64,000 nucleotides of DNA from Acidobacteriota bacterium (GTDB lineage: Bacteria > Acidobacteriota > UBA6911), in NCBI GenBank assembly GCA_963664705.1, contig OY761556.1, positions 3,008,001-3,072,000 on the forward strand, given 5' to 3'. Positions within the stretch are counted from its first letter, which is position 1; every line of letters begins with the position of its first letter. Shown one piece after another: positions 28,963-38,935 of the stretch. The translations under genes and the position numbers were made by a program. The notes below the pieces were generated by a model. That model was not told where the DNA came from. It worked only from the letters and a program-made list of their open reading frames with translations, and ran no database searches.

Positions 28963-29391
28963 AAAGCGCTCCTTTCGGGAAAAGCCTGCAATCCTTGGGC
29001 AATGGAACAACCACACAGCCCCAGGGCAATTCCGCGATATTTGAAATTATGGATAAATCCGTTTAATTGCTGCGCCAATGATTGAGCGGCGCAATGAACT
29101 AATGCACGATGGCGCCTTCATGACGCACTGGAAATCACCGATGAACCCAGCATATCACCGACGCAGATTCCACAGAATTACTATTTTGTGCGGGATCTTC
29201 TGCTGGGCATGGTCGTACCTGACGAGGCACTGTACATTACACGTCTTTGTATAAAAATAAGTTAAGATTAGGACTTTACCGAACTTCACAGGTTGAGTGG
29301 AACTTCCTTTGATGGAAGCATCTATCAAGGCAACCACCGAGGGTCCCTGTTCGCACGCGTTTCTAGGCGGCGCTTTCAAGAGGAGGATTCC

Positions 29392-30006
29392 GTGGATCTT
29401 TATGAAGCTGTAAGATGCCGACGAACTGTGCGCGAATTCAGGCCGGATCCGATCGCAGAGCAAATCCTTCGTCGGGTCCTGGATGCGGGGCTGAAGGCAC
29501 CATCCAATGCGCACATCAAACCTTGGCAGTTTATATTGTTACGCGATCCGGAGAAAAGGCGTCGGGCTATCATTCAGGGCCTCCAGGCGCGCGACATGCG
29601 TGACCGAGAAGAAATCGAACGCTTTCTTGAGGGATTTTCGGAAGATTCCCTTAAGGAAGTCTACCGACGGGCGCTGCCGGTTCAACTGAGCATGATGCTC
29701 GAGGCGCCTGAGGTACTGATTGTGTGCACCAAAATGAAACCACTGACCGATTGCCGCACGCTCTTCCACCTGAATCCGCTGGCTTCCATCTGGATGTGTA
29801 TTCAAAACATCATGCTGGCACTGGCTGCGGAGGGATTATTCGGATGCACCTATACGCCCTATGACGCATCCGGCCTTAAGTCGATTATCGGTGTTCCTCC
29901 AGATTGGGAGGTTGCCGCCGTCATTCCATTCGGCTATCCAAAGGCGCTGCCCGCGCCCAATGTGGACGAAGATCTCGACTCCAGGCTGCATATGAATGTC
30001 TGGTAA
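29392..30006 (+). CDS. Nitroreductase family protein
   Basis: RRTVREF, APSNAHIKPWQF, QNIMLALAAEGL, IPFGYP. GTG start with AGGAGG RBS. Confidence 0.9.
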   Translation: MDLYEAVRCRRTVREFRPDPIAEQILRRVLDAGLKAPSNAHIKPWQFILLRDPEKRRRAIIQGLQARDMRDREEIERFLEGFSEDSLKEVYRRALPVQLSMMLEAPEVLIVCTKMKPLTDCRTLFHLNPLASIWMCIQNIMLALAAEGLFGCTYTPYDASGLKSIIGVPPDWEVAAVIPFGYPKALPAPNVDEDLDSRLHMNVW

Positions 30007-30047
30007 AAACGTATTCGCGGGGGGGGGATTTTCCTTGTGTGCGGATT

Positions 30048-30467
30048 TCAGCTCCTGGCTGTAATTTTGCCGGTGAAGGATTGGACGACGATCTTTCCCT
30101 GCTGCACAACAAAGGTATCGGTACCGAGCTCATACACGTTATCGGATGTCTCTGCATTCCACAGAATGTAGCCGCAGTCTCCTTCGACCGCCTGCAGTTT
30201 CAGGCTGAAAGACGCGCCGGGTTTCCCAAACTCTGCAATCATCGCCTGGAATAACGGCTTGATTTCACCTACACCCTTGAGCGTTCCGTTTGCGGTAAAC
30301 ATGACGGCATCCGGTGCATAGTCAGAGAGGATGCCACCAAGATCGGACTCACTAAAAAATTTAAGGTGGCGGTCCATTATGTCTTTTGTCGAGGCTGTTG
30401 TTGCCCCCACCTGCTTTGTCTGTGGAGCGCTATTGTCTGCCCCGCTTCGTGGTAATTCAGAATTCAT
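30048..30467 (-). CDS. SnoaL/NTF2-like family protein
   Basis: DLGGILSDYAPDAV, GTDTFVVQQGKIVVQSF; AAGGAG RBS. Confidence 0.85.
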   Translation of the reverse strand: MNSELPRSGADNSAPQTKQVGATTASTKDIMDRHLKFFSESDLGGILSDYAPDAVMFTANGTLKGVGEIKPLFQAMIAEFGKPGASFSLKLQAVEGDCGYILWNAETSDNVYELGTDTFVVQQGKIVVQSFTGKITARS

Positions 30468-30502
30468 AACTTTCTCCTTTTTGTTAAGTGAAAAAAATGG
30501 AC

Positions 30503-30991
30503 CTATCCGGCTGAATGGCAGATAACCTTGCCAAAGAGGGCTCGCATGACAAAAGAGGGGACACAGATTCCCGAGCTCACATTAACGAAGGCAGTTGCCA
30601 CCAGTAACCAGCCGGTGCAATATCCAAGGGTCGAGAATCCCGCCTGGAAGCTATAAGCCGAGATGCTAATCATGGTGGTAGCCACGGCACAGGCGAGATG
30701 TCGACGGAATCCATACCGGGGCAACGCCGGCAACCCAAACAGATGGCGCAAGCCATAATCGTAAAACACATCAAATGGATGTTTGGGCAGGATGGCACCC
30801 AAAGCCGCAAAAGGCACCAGTGCCCATAGAATCGTCGCAGAACCCAGCGCGGCCCCGAGGCCAGTCCACGACATACATATGGCAGGAGACCATCGCAGCG
30901 GATAATTTATCTCGGCATAGGTCCCGTCATTTAAACCACAGAACCCCTGGGACTCAATTCTCTGTCTTATAGTTTTGATTGATGAATCCAT
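30503..30991 (-). CDS. Membrane protein, DUF4395-like
   Basis: Several hydrophobic segments, HPFD..Y, RRHLAC and C-terminal SGICVPS; GGAGG RBS. Confidence 0.65.
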   Translation of the reverse strand: MDSSIKTIRQRIESQGFCGLNDGTYAEINYPLRWSPAICMSWTGLGAALGSATILWALVPFAALGAILPKHPFDVFYDYGLRHLFGLPALPRYGFRRHLACAVATTMISISAYSFQAGFSTLGYCTGWLLVATAFVNVSSGICVPSFVMRALFGKVICHSAG

Positions 30992-31078
30992 GTCATTCCT
31001 CCGGATTTCCTTGCTTGATGAGAATCTCTTTCTTCCAACCCCGAGCTGCGTGAGGAGGGTGCACGCCGCTCCACACGC

Positions 31079-31294
31079 TTATCGCGCAGCCATTTCCATC
31101 ACCGCCTCCGTCGTCATGGATTTGCCTCCAAAACCCCAATCCCCGCTCCGAACCTCTTCGATGATCACCACGGTAGCCGGTCGCAGGTTTTCACCTTCGA
31201 TGGACACCATTGCATCCGTGAGTCCGACGACCATTTCTTTCTTCTGTGCGGGCGTGAATACGCCTTCGATCAGTTTAACGTTAATCAGTGGCAT
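31079..31294 (-). CDS. 4-oxalocrotonate tautomerase family protein
   Basis: N-terminal catalytic Pro (MPLINVKLIEG), IEEV...WGFGG; 71 aa. Confidence 0.92.
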   Translation of the reverse strand: MPLINVKLIEGVFTPAQKKEMVVGLTDAMVSIEGENLRPATVVIIEEVRSGDWGFGGKSMTTEAVMEMAAR

Positions 31295-31521
31295 GGTTTT
31301 TCTCCTTAATTTTCAAAATGTGATCTTTGGATTTGGCTGACATTCGCATCCAGCTGCATTAGCTTCCATCCAATCAATCCTTCTGCAATATGCAACATGG
31401 CCGGATCACCGGCCTTATCCGAGCGTCCGGGTTTCTTGATCGGGCTGACATAGCCCGTGGTATCCTTGATTCAGAGTCCGGTTGGATTTGCCCAGAATCC
31501 GCAAAAGGATGGAGAGGCCGG

Positions 31522-32520
31522 ATGGATGTTCTATCTGAGGTTTTGAAATCCGTTAAGCTCCGGGGAGCGCTCTACTACAACGGCGAGTTCTCCGAACCCT
31601 GGAGCATCAAAACTCCGGCTTCCAGCGCATTAGCTCCGTTCGTCTCTTCGGACGGCGGGCATGTCATCATTTATCACCTGCTGAGTGAAGGAAGTGCCTA
31701 TGCGCATTTGGAGGACGGCCCCCCGGTCTGCGTGGAGGCTGGCAACATAGTGGTCTTCCCGCATGGAGATTCGCATGTATTGGGCAACGGGCGAAATAGC
31801 CGGCCGGTAGATGCAGCAAAGGAACTGGAGCGCATATTCTCGCAAGGCTTAAACGTCTCAAGGATGGGTGGAGGCGGAGAGGTTTCAAAGTTTATCTGTG
31901 GCTACCTGGTTTGCGATCCGCAGCTTGCTCGGGTCTTCCTGAGCGGCCTTCCGAAGATACTCATCGTTAACATCAGAAACGACACTTCCGGCCGCTGGCT
32001 CGAAAACTCCATTCGGTTCTCTGTCGGAGAAGCCAATGCCGGCAGGGCCGGCGGCGATGCCGTGCTTGCGAAGCTTTCAGAGGTACTGCTTGTCGAAACG
32101 TTGCGCCGCTACATTGCGCAACTGCCTCAAGAACAGACCGGATGGCTTGCCGGGGTCCGAGACCCTCATGTGGGCAAAGCCCTCGCGCTGCTTCACCGCA
32201 ATCCTTCACATCCGTGGACCATTGCCACGCTCGCCCAGGCTGTTGGCGTTTCCCGATCCGTAATGGCAGAACGTTTCCGGCACTACCTGGACGATCCCCC
32301 AATGTCCTATCTTACACGCTGGCGTCTTCAGCTCGGCGCGCAGATGCTGGCGGCGACGAGCCACAGCGTGGCACAAATTGCCCTGGAGGTTGGTTACGAA
32401 TCCGAAGCCGCGTTCAATCGGGCTTTCAAACGGGAATATGGGTTGCCTCCTGCGCAATTTCGAACCACCGCGAAAGCTCCGGCATCCGCCAATTCAGTGG
32501 TTCCACGCTCGGCGAACTAA
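31522..32520 (+). CDS. AraC family regulator with cupin_6 sensor (RclR-like)
   Basis: MDVLSEVL, FPHGDSH, GWLAGVRDP, WTIATLA...SRS, VGYESEAAFNRAFKR. Divergent from the tautomerase/DUF4395/SnoaL genes. Confidence 0.93.
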   Translation: MDVLSEVLKSVKLRGALYYNGEFSEPWSIKTPASSALAPFVSSDGGHVIIYHLLSEGSAYAHLEDGPPVCVEAGNIVVFPHGDSHVLGNGRNSRPVDAAKELERIFSQGLNVSRMGGGGEVSKFICGYLVCDPQLARVFLSGLPKILIVNIRNDTSGRWLENSIRFSVGEANAGRAGGDAVLAKLSEVLLVETLRRYIAQLPQEQTGWLAGVRDPHVGKALALLHRNPSHPWTIATLAQAVGVSRSVMAERFRHYLDDPPMSYLTRWRLQLGAQMLAATSHSVAQIALEVGYESEAAFNRAFKREYGLPPAQFRTTAKAPASANSVVPRSAN

Positions 32521-32777
32521 TGAATGCCAATAATCGTCACTTGCTCGTCTTGAAGCGCCAATAGCCTTTCTCTATGTCACCATTTGGAACAGCCATCTTC
32601 CCGCCGCGTCCATAACTGACAGTAATACGGAGTTGCTTCTGCCGCTGGATCCCACGAAGCTGCATAATGACAAAATGCAACCAATCAATACTGCCTTCCC
32701 AGCCAATTGGGAATCACTCTCGGGTTAAAGCCGGATAATTCGCTTTATAATGCATGGACGGAAGCTAGAATTGCTGA

Positions 32778-33044
32778 TCATTGTGTCCCTTTTTTTGTCG
32801 CTTGGCGTGGAATCTTATGAAAAAGATAATCTCCAAAAGCGCAAAGACACACAACGAAACCCAATAATATAATTGCCAATTCCCCACTGGGTTCTTTTCT
32901 GAGGCCGCCAGTTTTGCTCCTCACATTTTCTATTAACGGAAATCCGGCGATGAACCATTGATAAGCGCCCCAGCAAAACATCAAGATCCCGACCAGGAAC
33001 TCTAGAACAACTCTCGTCCAATTGAAAAAACGAGTGAAGGTCAT
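32778..33044 (-). CDS. Small two-TM hypothetical protein
   Basis: 88-aa ORF with two hydrophobic segments; weak RBS. Confidence 0.45.
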   Translation of the reverse strand: MTFTRFFNWTRVVLEFLVGILMFCWGAYQWFIAGFPLIENVRSKTGGLRKEPSGELAIILLGFVVCLCAFGDYLFHKIPRQATKKGTQ

Positions 33045-33097
33045 GGTTCATTATCTTCCATTGAGAATTGTTCAGCGGACGCCCCAATAAACGAGGC

Positions 33098-33775
33098 TCA
33101 CCAAATACCCTTTATCAGCTTCCATGTCACTCGTTCCGCATATTCCCTGTACCCCGGCAACTCCTGTTGGAGGACCCGATCCTCCAATATCGTTCGGACA
33201 ATGAACATCGCCATGAATAGTCCTGCTACGATAAAAGCCCAATCTGATCCAAACAGAAGAGGAACCCCTAATGTCCGCAGGGCCCAAAATGCATAGCCGG
33301 GGTGGCGTACGAACTGGTAAGGCCCCGCATCGATAACCTGATGGCCGCGATCCTGCTGTATCCGGATGAATGAGGAAAAAAAACGGTTGGACTTCATGGC
33401 CCATATCAGGCCCAGTGTTCCGAGGAGTATGAGTCCAACGCCGAGCAGATGCTTCCAAACGGGCTGCGATGGCGTCCAATTCCAACGATGATCCAGACCG
33501 GGAACAATGAGTTCGGCTAGGGTGAACAGCCCCACCAGGGAAACAAAGTATCTATCCCATGGCTTCGCTCCCGGCTTCGGAGCCATGCGTTCCTCTATGA
33601 GTCCCTCATCGAGACGAAATGGGCCCCATAATGGTAAAAGCGTACTGAGGAAAAGTATCACCAGGTAGGCCCATCCTGGCCACCAGGACAAGTCTCCTGC
33701 CGAAGCAAAAAGCATGACGCCGATGATGGATTCCACTGCCAGTGATCGAGTTGTTGCACGCGCTAAAAGGGTCAA
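33098..33775 (-). CDS. Isoprenylcysteine carboxyl methyltransferase family membrane protein
   Basis: NRFFS..IRIQ..RGHQVI..GPY..VRHPGY, RTILED..L..ELPGY..Y. Probable TTG start with GAGG RBS. Confidence 0.88.
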   Translation of the reverse strand: MTLLARATTRSLAVESIIGVMLFASAGDLSWWPGWAYLVILFLSTLLPLWGPFRLDEGLIEERMAPKPGAKPWDRYFVSLVGLFTLAELIVPGLDHRWNWTPSQPVWKHLLGVGLILLGTLGLIWAMKSNRFFSSFIRIQQDRGHQVIDAGPYQFVRHPGYAFWALRTLGVPLLFGSDWAFIVAGLFMAMFIVRTILEDRVLQQELPGYREYAERVTWKLIKGIW

Positions 33776-34041
33776 AGCAGCCTCGCAGATTCTGATTATT
33801 CCGTTGCCGAACATCAGATTAGGCGCTATCACTCAGAGATCGCAAGGATAGAATTTGATTTCTTTAATGTCAGGTCGTACGGCCTGGTATTTCCAGGAAT
33901 GGCTGCAACCGGATGGATTCAACCCTGTTGTTCTGCGCCACTAAACTTCATAGAATAAAAAGACTTGTATACCTGGAACGGGAACTTACTGGATAGCTTG
34001 GCCAGGGTATTCCATTACGTGGCCCCAAAGGAGGAGATCCG

Positions 34042-35523
34042 TTGAGACGTCTCACAAAAATGCTAACGGGGATTGCAGTCCTGTGTATCGCACTCGGCTT
34101 TACGCCGTGTGAGTCCGAAGAGAATCGCGCGCAGACACCCGGTGATGAAACGGCAGACGTTGTCATCGTAGGCGCGGGCGTATCCGGTGAAACTGCGGCC
34201 CTCGAGCTGAAAGCACTGAATCCCAACCTTAAATTGGTGCTGCTGGAAAAACAGGCCACGACAGGTGGATCCCTCCGCTATTCCAGCGGCTATGTCGGTA
34301 CGAGTTCGAAGCTTTCCAGAAAATCATTCAACACGAATACGGTCGATGATGTGCTTGCCTTCCTGGACGATTACATTGGCAAAGACAACGTCAACCACCC
34401 CTTCGTACGCAAGCTCTATAATCTGGCGGAATATGTCACCGACAATTTCATCTCCTGGGGCGTCGATTTCGACGGAGCCAATGCAACGCGGGCACAGGAT
34501 CCACAGCAGGAAAGATGGACCCGCGAAGGAAGGCATCTGTGGTATTACATCCCCGCGGGAAGAACAAATTCCATAGCTAATGCACTGGAAGATCAGCTCC
34601 GGAAGCGGCAGGTGGATCTGCGACTCAACACTCAGGTGATGGAACTGCTCATTGCAGACGGAAAAGTCCTGGGAGTGAGGGTTCAGGCCAAAGACAAAAG
34701 CTACTCCATCGACGCGAAAGCAGTCCTTGTCGCTACCGGAGGGTTTTCCAGCAAGGGGGATCTCGTTAAGAAGATGACCGCAGGGATGTATAAGAACGTC
34801 CCGACCGGACCGAATCCCTACTCCTCGAACCCTGGCGCAACAGGCGATGTTTTTGGCTTTGTGGAAAAACTTGGCGTACCGACAATCGGGACCGGAGTCA
34901 TGGCTTACGCGGGATCGCCGGGCGGCGGGTCCATTCCATCGCGGTTCTATGTCAACCAGGATGGCAAACGCTACATGGATGAGTATTCCTGGGGCTATAA
35001 CATCACGTTCCAGACTCAAAAGAACACGACGAATTGTTACCGGCTACTTGATACCGCCGTGCTCAACGGGCAGTCTGACAGCACAAAGGCAAGCGTCGCC
35101 GCAAAGGTGAAAGCAGGAACCGCCTCTAAATATGACACGATCGATGAGCTTGCCAGCGGGCTCGGCATCAACGCAGCCCAATTGAAGCGAACCATCGCCG
35201 CCTACAATGCGGCCGTTGACGCGGGTCAGAGCCCGGAGTTCGGCTTACCGGTGAAAAATGCAACCCCGATCAAAAATGGGCCTTTTTATGCCGAACAGAT
35301 TGCCTACACAACGGCCGGCTCTCTTGTCTCCATCAGGACCGATAACGATGCCAGGGTCGTCAACCGCAATCTTCAGCCCATTCCCGGTCTCTATGCCAGC
35401 GGCGAGTGTGCCATCTCCAACCAGTTCTGGGGCGGACTCTACGCAGGCAGCGGCTTCGGCGTTGGCTCTTCGGCCTATAACGGTGTACTTGCAGCCCGCA
35501 CTATCGTGAGTGATTTGAAATAG
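34042..35523 (+). CDS. Exported FAD-dependent oxidoreductase (flavocytochrome c flavin subunit/FAD_binding_2 family)
   Basis: DVVIVGAGVSG, LLEKQ..TGG, VLVATGGF, YVNQDGKRYMDE, IPGLYASGE. N-terminal export signal; TTG start with GAGGAG RBS. Confidence 0.85.
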   Translation: MRRLTKMLTGIAVLCIALGFTPCESEENRAQTPGDETADVVIVGAGVSGETAALELKALNPNLKLVLLEKQATTGGSLRYSSGYVGTSSKLSRKSFNTNTVDDVLAFLDDYIGKDNVNHPFVRKLYNLAEYVTDNFISWGVDFDGANATRAQDPQQERWTREGRHLWYYIPAGRTNSIANALEDQLRKRQVDLRLNTQVMELLIADGKVLGVRVQAKDKSYSIDAKAVLVATGGFSSKGDLVKKMTAGMYKNVPTGPNPYSSNPGATGDVFGFVEKLGVPTIGTGVMAYAGSPGGGSIPSRFYVNQDGKRYMDEYSWGYNITFQTQKNTTNCYRLLDTAVLNGQSDSTKASVAAKVKAGTASKYDTIDELASGLGINAAQLKRTIAAYNAAVDAGQSPEFGLPVKNATPIKNGPFYAEQIAYTTAGSLVSIRTDNDARVVNRNLQPIPGLYASGECAISNQFWGGLYAGSGFGVGSSAYNGVLAARTIVSDLK

Positions 35524-35622
35524 GTTCCTCGCCACTGCGTTTGCTAACGGTTGGATTTCCGACGGGATGAACAGAGAAGAACCAAGGCGTTCTCCTGGAT
35601 TACGGAGGTCAGGAAGGTGGAA

Positions 35623-36999
35623 ATGATGGCGCCAACAACCGAGGTCCAGAAGGTCCCGAATGCGGCAGCTTTTTGTGATGAAATCAAATTCAATCGCTTT
35701 CACGGCCTTCTCACTGTTCTGGGGATACTTACGCTTTTCTTCGACGGATACGATTCACAGGTTCTTTCCTACATATTGCCTGAGGTTATCAAAGAGTGGA
35801 GACTTAGTCCGGTCGAGGCCGGGTCGCTGGCATCCTACGGACTGCTCGGTCTTATGATTGGAACGGCCGGGATCGGGATGCTTTCCGACAGAATCGGAAG
35901 AAAGATCCCGCTCATGATCGGCCTTGCCCTGTTCTCGTTCTTCTGCGGTGCGCTATACTGGGCGCCTGATTTCAAGACCTTCTGCGTATTGCGCTTCATG
36001 TCCGGCCTGGGCATCGGGGGAGTGCTGACCCTGATCATCACAATAGCCACCGAATTCTCGCCCGCTGCCATCCGTGCGCGAATGGTTGCAGGAATGATGG
36101 CGGGATTCATGATTGGACCTGCGATCGCGGGATGGCTTTCCATGGCAATGGTTCCCACCTACGGCTGGCGCAGTGTGCTGCTGGTTTCTTTCTTGCCACT
36201 ACTGCTGCTGCCTCTGATCTATTTTTTTATGCCGGAATCCATTCGCTTTCTCGCTCAAAAAGGAGAGACGGAAAAGGCCATCGAAGTGCTGCGGAGAATT
36301 GAGCGCGCGGCAGGTGCTCAGCCGGCCAACTGGTCCAGGGAAAGCTTTTCCCTGGGCGCATCCTCGAGCGCCGGCGTCCGGCAACTTTTTGCGTCAAGAT
36401 TGGCCATCATGACCATGCTTGTCTGGCTGGTGTACTTCGGGAATCTGCTGGTTATCTACGGCCTCACGACCTGGTTACCGACACTGCTGGTGAGTGCCGG
36501 GATTCCGCTGGTGCGGAGTTTTGGGTATACATCCCTGAACCATCTTGGCGGAGCCGTTGGTACCGTGGCTATCGGCATCACCATGGACCGCTTTGGCAGA
36601 AAACCGGGACTTGTACTTTCCTATGTGTTTGCTGCCGTCAGCATCTGGCTTTTCGCCCGGTTTATTGGGAATAATGCCGGCCTTTACATCATTGGAATGA
36701 CGGCCGGCTTTTTTGTAAATGGTGCGCTCTCCGCGCAACATGCCGTCACTGCAGAAATATATCCAACCGCCATCCGGTCCACCGGAGTTGGGTGGGCTTT
36801 GACCATCGGCAGATTCGGAGCAATTTGCGGTCCCTTGCTGGGAGGCTATTTTCAGGCGCGCGGTTTTTCTTTGCAGCAATATTTCGATATGTTTGCCCTT
36901 CCGTGCCTGGTCTGCGCAGCTCTTGTGTATTTCTATCGGGTGAACGTAAAGGGCGAGACTCTCGAGAGCGTTGCCCGGCATTTATCTGGTGCGCGCTAG
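35623..36999 (+). CDS. MFS transporter, aromatic acid:H+ symporter (AAHS) family
   Basis: FDGYD, LSDRIGRK, PESIRFL, EIYPTAIRSTGVGWA..IGRFGAI.GP. Confidence 0.9.
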   Translation: MMAPTTEVQKVPNAAAFCDEIKFNRFHGLLTVLGILTLFFDGYDSQVLSYILPEVIKEWRLSPVEAGSLASYGLLGLMIGTAGIGMLSDRIGRKIPLMIGLALFSFFCGALYWAPDFKTFCVLRFMSGLGIGGVLTLIITIATEFSPAAIRARMVAGMMAGFMIGPAIAGWLSMAMVPTYGWRSVLLVSFLPLLLLPLIYFFMPESIRFLAQKGETEKAIEVLRRIERAAGAQPANWSRESFSLGASSSAGVRQLFASRLAIMTMLVWLVYFGNLLVIYGLTTWLPTLLVSAGIPLVRSFGYTSLNHLGGAVGTVAIGITMDRFGRKPGLVLSYVFAAVSIWLFARFIGNNAGLYIIGMTAGFFVNGALSAQHAVTAEIYPTAIRSTGVGWALTIGRFGAICGPLLGGYFQARGFSLQQYFDMFALPCLVCAALVYFYRVNVKGETLESVARHLSGAR

Positions 37000-37147
37000 G
37001 ACCTCTTAACAACGGCGGCGTCTCATTAGCAGACGCCTTCCAGATTGTAAACGGATTCGCATACCATACTCCTTGCCTTTAGCCAGTGACGTATTTCATA
37101 TTCTTGGTTGTTATCGATTCCAGAACCAACCCGAGAAGGAGGAAATC

Positions 37148-37681
37148 GTGGACAGAAAAGAATTCCTCAAGGACATTTGCAGCTTTGGTATATGCGGATG
37201 CGTTTTAAGTCTCTCCGGGGATAAAGAGTCGCTGCATGCCGAGGATGCCGCCATGGATCAGAGACTCATTTTTGCCCGCTATCAGCTATCCAAGCTGGTA
37301 AGCTTCATGGCTGCAGATACGACATCGGCTTCCGCTGTTGGGCTCCTGCAAAAGACCGGTCGTGAATGTGCCAAGCTGGGCAAGCTTCACGCAAATTTCA
37401 TAAATAATCCCGAAGGCTACTTTGCTGCCGCCAGGAAAAACTGGGGCACAGACTTCGTGTGGGACAAAGACAAAAGCATGATCACAGTGATGGTGGCCGA
37501 GGGCCCATGCGGCTGTCCATTGGTTGACCCCAAGCGAACACCCGCATTTTGGTGCAACTGCTCGGCAGGGTATCAAAGGGAAACCTTCGAAACCATTTTC
37601 GGGAAACCGGTCCATGTTTCGCTCAAAGACTCCAAGCTCAACGGCAGCAAACGGTGCATTTTTGAAATCAGGTTGACCTAG
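37148..37681 (+). CDS. Cys-rich V4R/DUF6144-like protein with Tat-like N-terminus
   Basis: GTG with AAGGAGG RBS; DRKEFLK; GREC, CGCP, WCNCSAG, RCIFEI. Confidence 0.65.
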   Translation: MDRKEFLKDICSFGICGCVLSLSGDKESLHAEDAAMDQRLIFARYQLSKLVSFMAADTTSASAVGLLQKTGRECAKLGKLHANFINNPEGYFAAARKNWGTDFVWDKDKSMITVMVAEGPCGCPLVDPKRTPAFWCNCSAGYQRETFETIFGKPVHVSLKDSKLNGSKRCIFEIRLT

Positions 37682-37695
37682 TACGATGGCCAAGA

Positions 37696-37830
37696 GGAAA
37701 GGCTTTGCTTAATATAGGGCACGGGAGCGAGGCGATCCGTCTCCTGAAAGAGGTGTTACGCGATCACCCGGATCATCATGCTGCAAAAACAACCCTGACA
37801 ATTGCGTTGAAGCGCCAAGGTTCGAAGTAA
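37696..37830 (+). pseudogene. Start-less TPR C-terminal gene remnant
   Basis: Reads GKALLNIGHGSEAIRLLKEVLRDHPDHHAAKTTLTIALKRQGSK*, matching the TPR pattern. No in-frame start between the upstream stop and this fragment. Confidence 0.5.
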
Positions 37831-37873
37831 GGCGAGTTATCCTGCCGTTTCCAACGACTCAATTCGGCCACAA

Positions 37874-38662
37874 TCAACGGGCTGCATGTTTTGCGGAAGC
37901 GTTTCTCGAATCTGGGTGGATTTTCTCGAGGACGAACGCAAGCCGAACAGGCTTTCCCTCAAGCACCCACTGTTTCTGGACTGTAAGCACACGAAAACCT
38001 GACATACGCGCCATCAGCCGGATCTCCGCTTCTGTATAATGGCGTTCCCGCACTTGTACGAGGCGCTTTTTGTAAAGGCGTCCACTCGGGATAAACCAGA
38101 GTTGTTGGAACTCAACAATCCCGCTTTTCGGATCATAGCGATTGGAGGACTTCATGTAGTTCTTTCCAATGGTGTATAGCGTTTCCCGCTCGTGCAGCCA
38201 TCGGAACCAATGCGCGGTGCTGATGTCAAAGAGGAATAATCCGCCGGGACGCAAAATGCCGGCAACACGATGGAAAACCTCCTGCAATTCTCTCGGCGAC
38301 AGCACGTGATTGAGCGCATCAAAATGGCAGGTAGCAACATCCGCCCGCACATCGAGCCGCAATTTTCGTATATCCTGGCAGAACCAGCGTACTCGGTCAG
38401 ATTTCCTGCGGGCTTGCCGCAGCATGGCGGGAGAGGCATCGACTCCAAGGACAGACCATCCGGCTCTGCGAGTCCAGGGAATAGTAGCATTCCCGGTTCC
38501 ACACATCAGATCGACCAGCGTCCGAATTTTCAGTCTGCGTTCTGTAATGGTTTGCAGAAGCAGTTGTCTCCAATACCGATAGAATTTTTGGAGTTCGGGG
38601 TCCGCCGCCAGCTCATCATAGACCTCCGCAAGGTCTTTATACGGATCGTCCTCTGCATGCAT
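37874..38662 (-). CDS. Class I SAM-dependent methyltransferase
   Basis: Y..LA.VYD, VDLMCGTG, GVDASPAML, DALNH, LRPGGLFLFD. Confidence 0.92.
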   Translation of the reverse strand: MHAEDDPYKDLAEVYDELAADPELQKFYRYWRQLLLQTITERRLKIRTLVDLMCGTGNATIPWTRRAGWSVLGVDASPAMLRQARRKSDRVRWFCQDIRKLRLDVRADVATCHFDALNHVLSPRELQEVFHRVAGILRPGGLFLFDISTAHWFRWLHERETLYTIGKNYMKSSNRYDPKSGIVEFQQLWFIPSGRLYKKRLVQVRERHYTEAEIRLMARMSGFRVLTVQKQWVLEGKPVRLAFVLEKIHPDSRNASAKHAAR

Positions 38663-38935
38663 TTGATTGCTCCGTGAGGTTGCATCTCATGGGATTCCGC
38701 CGCACTCGAATGCTTGAAGCTGGAACGAATGGTAAACCAAAAGCAACCCATTATGGCAGGAAATATTCCGATCGGCACTATCGGCAGGATTGAGAAGGAT
38801 TGGCGCCTGGTATCTGTTGGTCGGCTTTGCCATCCTTCACGGCACGGGTGAAATCAATTTGTTCTTGCAAAATGAGAGTTGTGAGCTCAATGTATTGCGG
38901 TTTTTGATCAACAACCCCATTTATGGAGGTGTTCC

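Noticed and set aside
29078-29265. Short + strand ORFs in the AKR-nitroreductase intergenic region
   Set aside because: No RBS or recognisable motif; cannot be supported.
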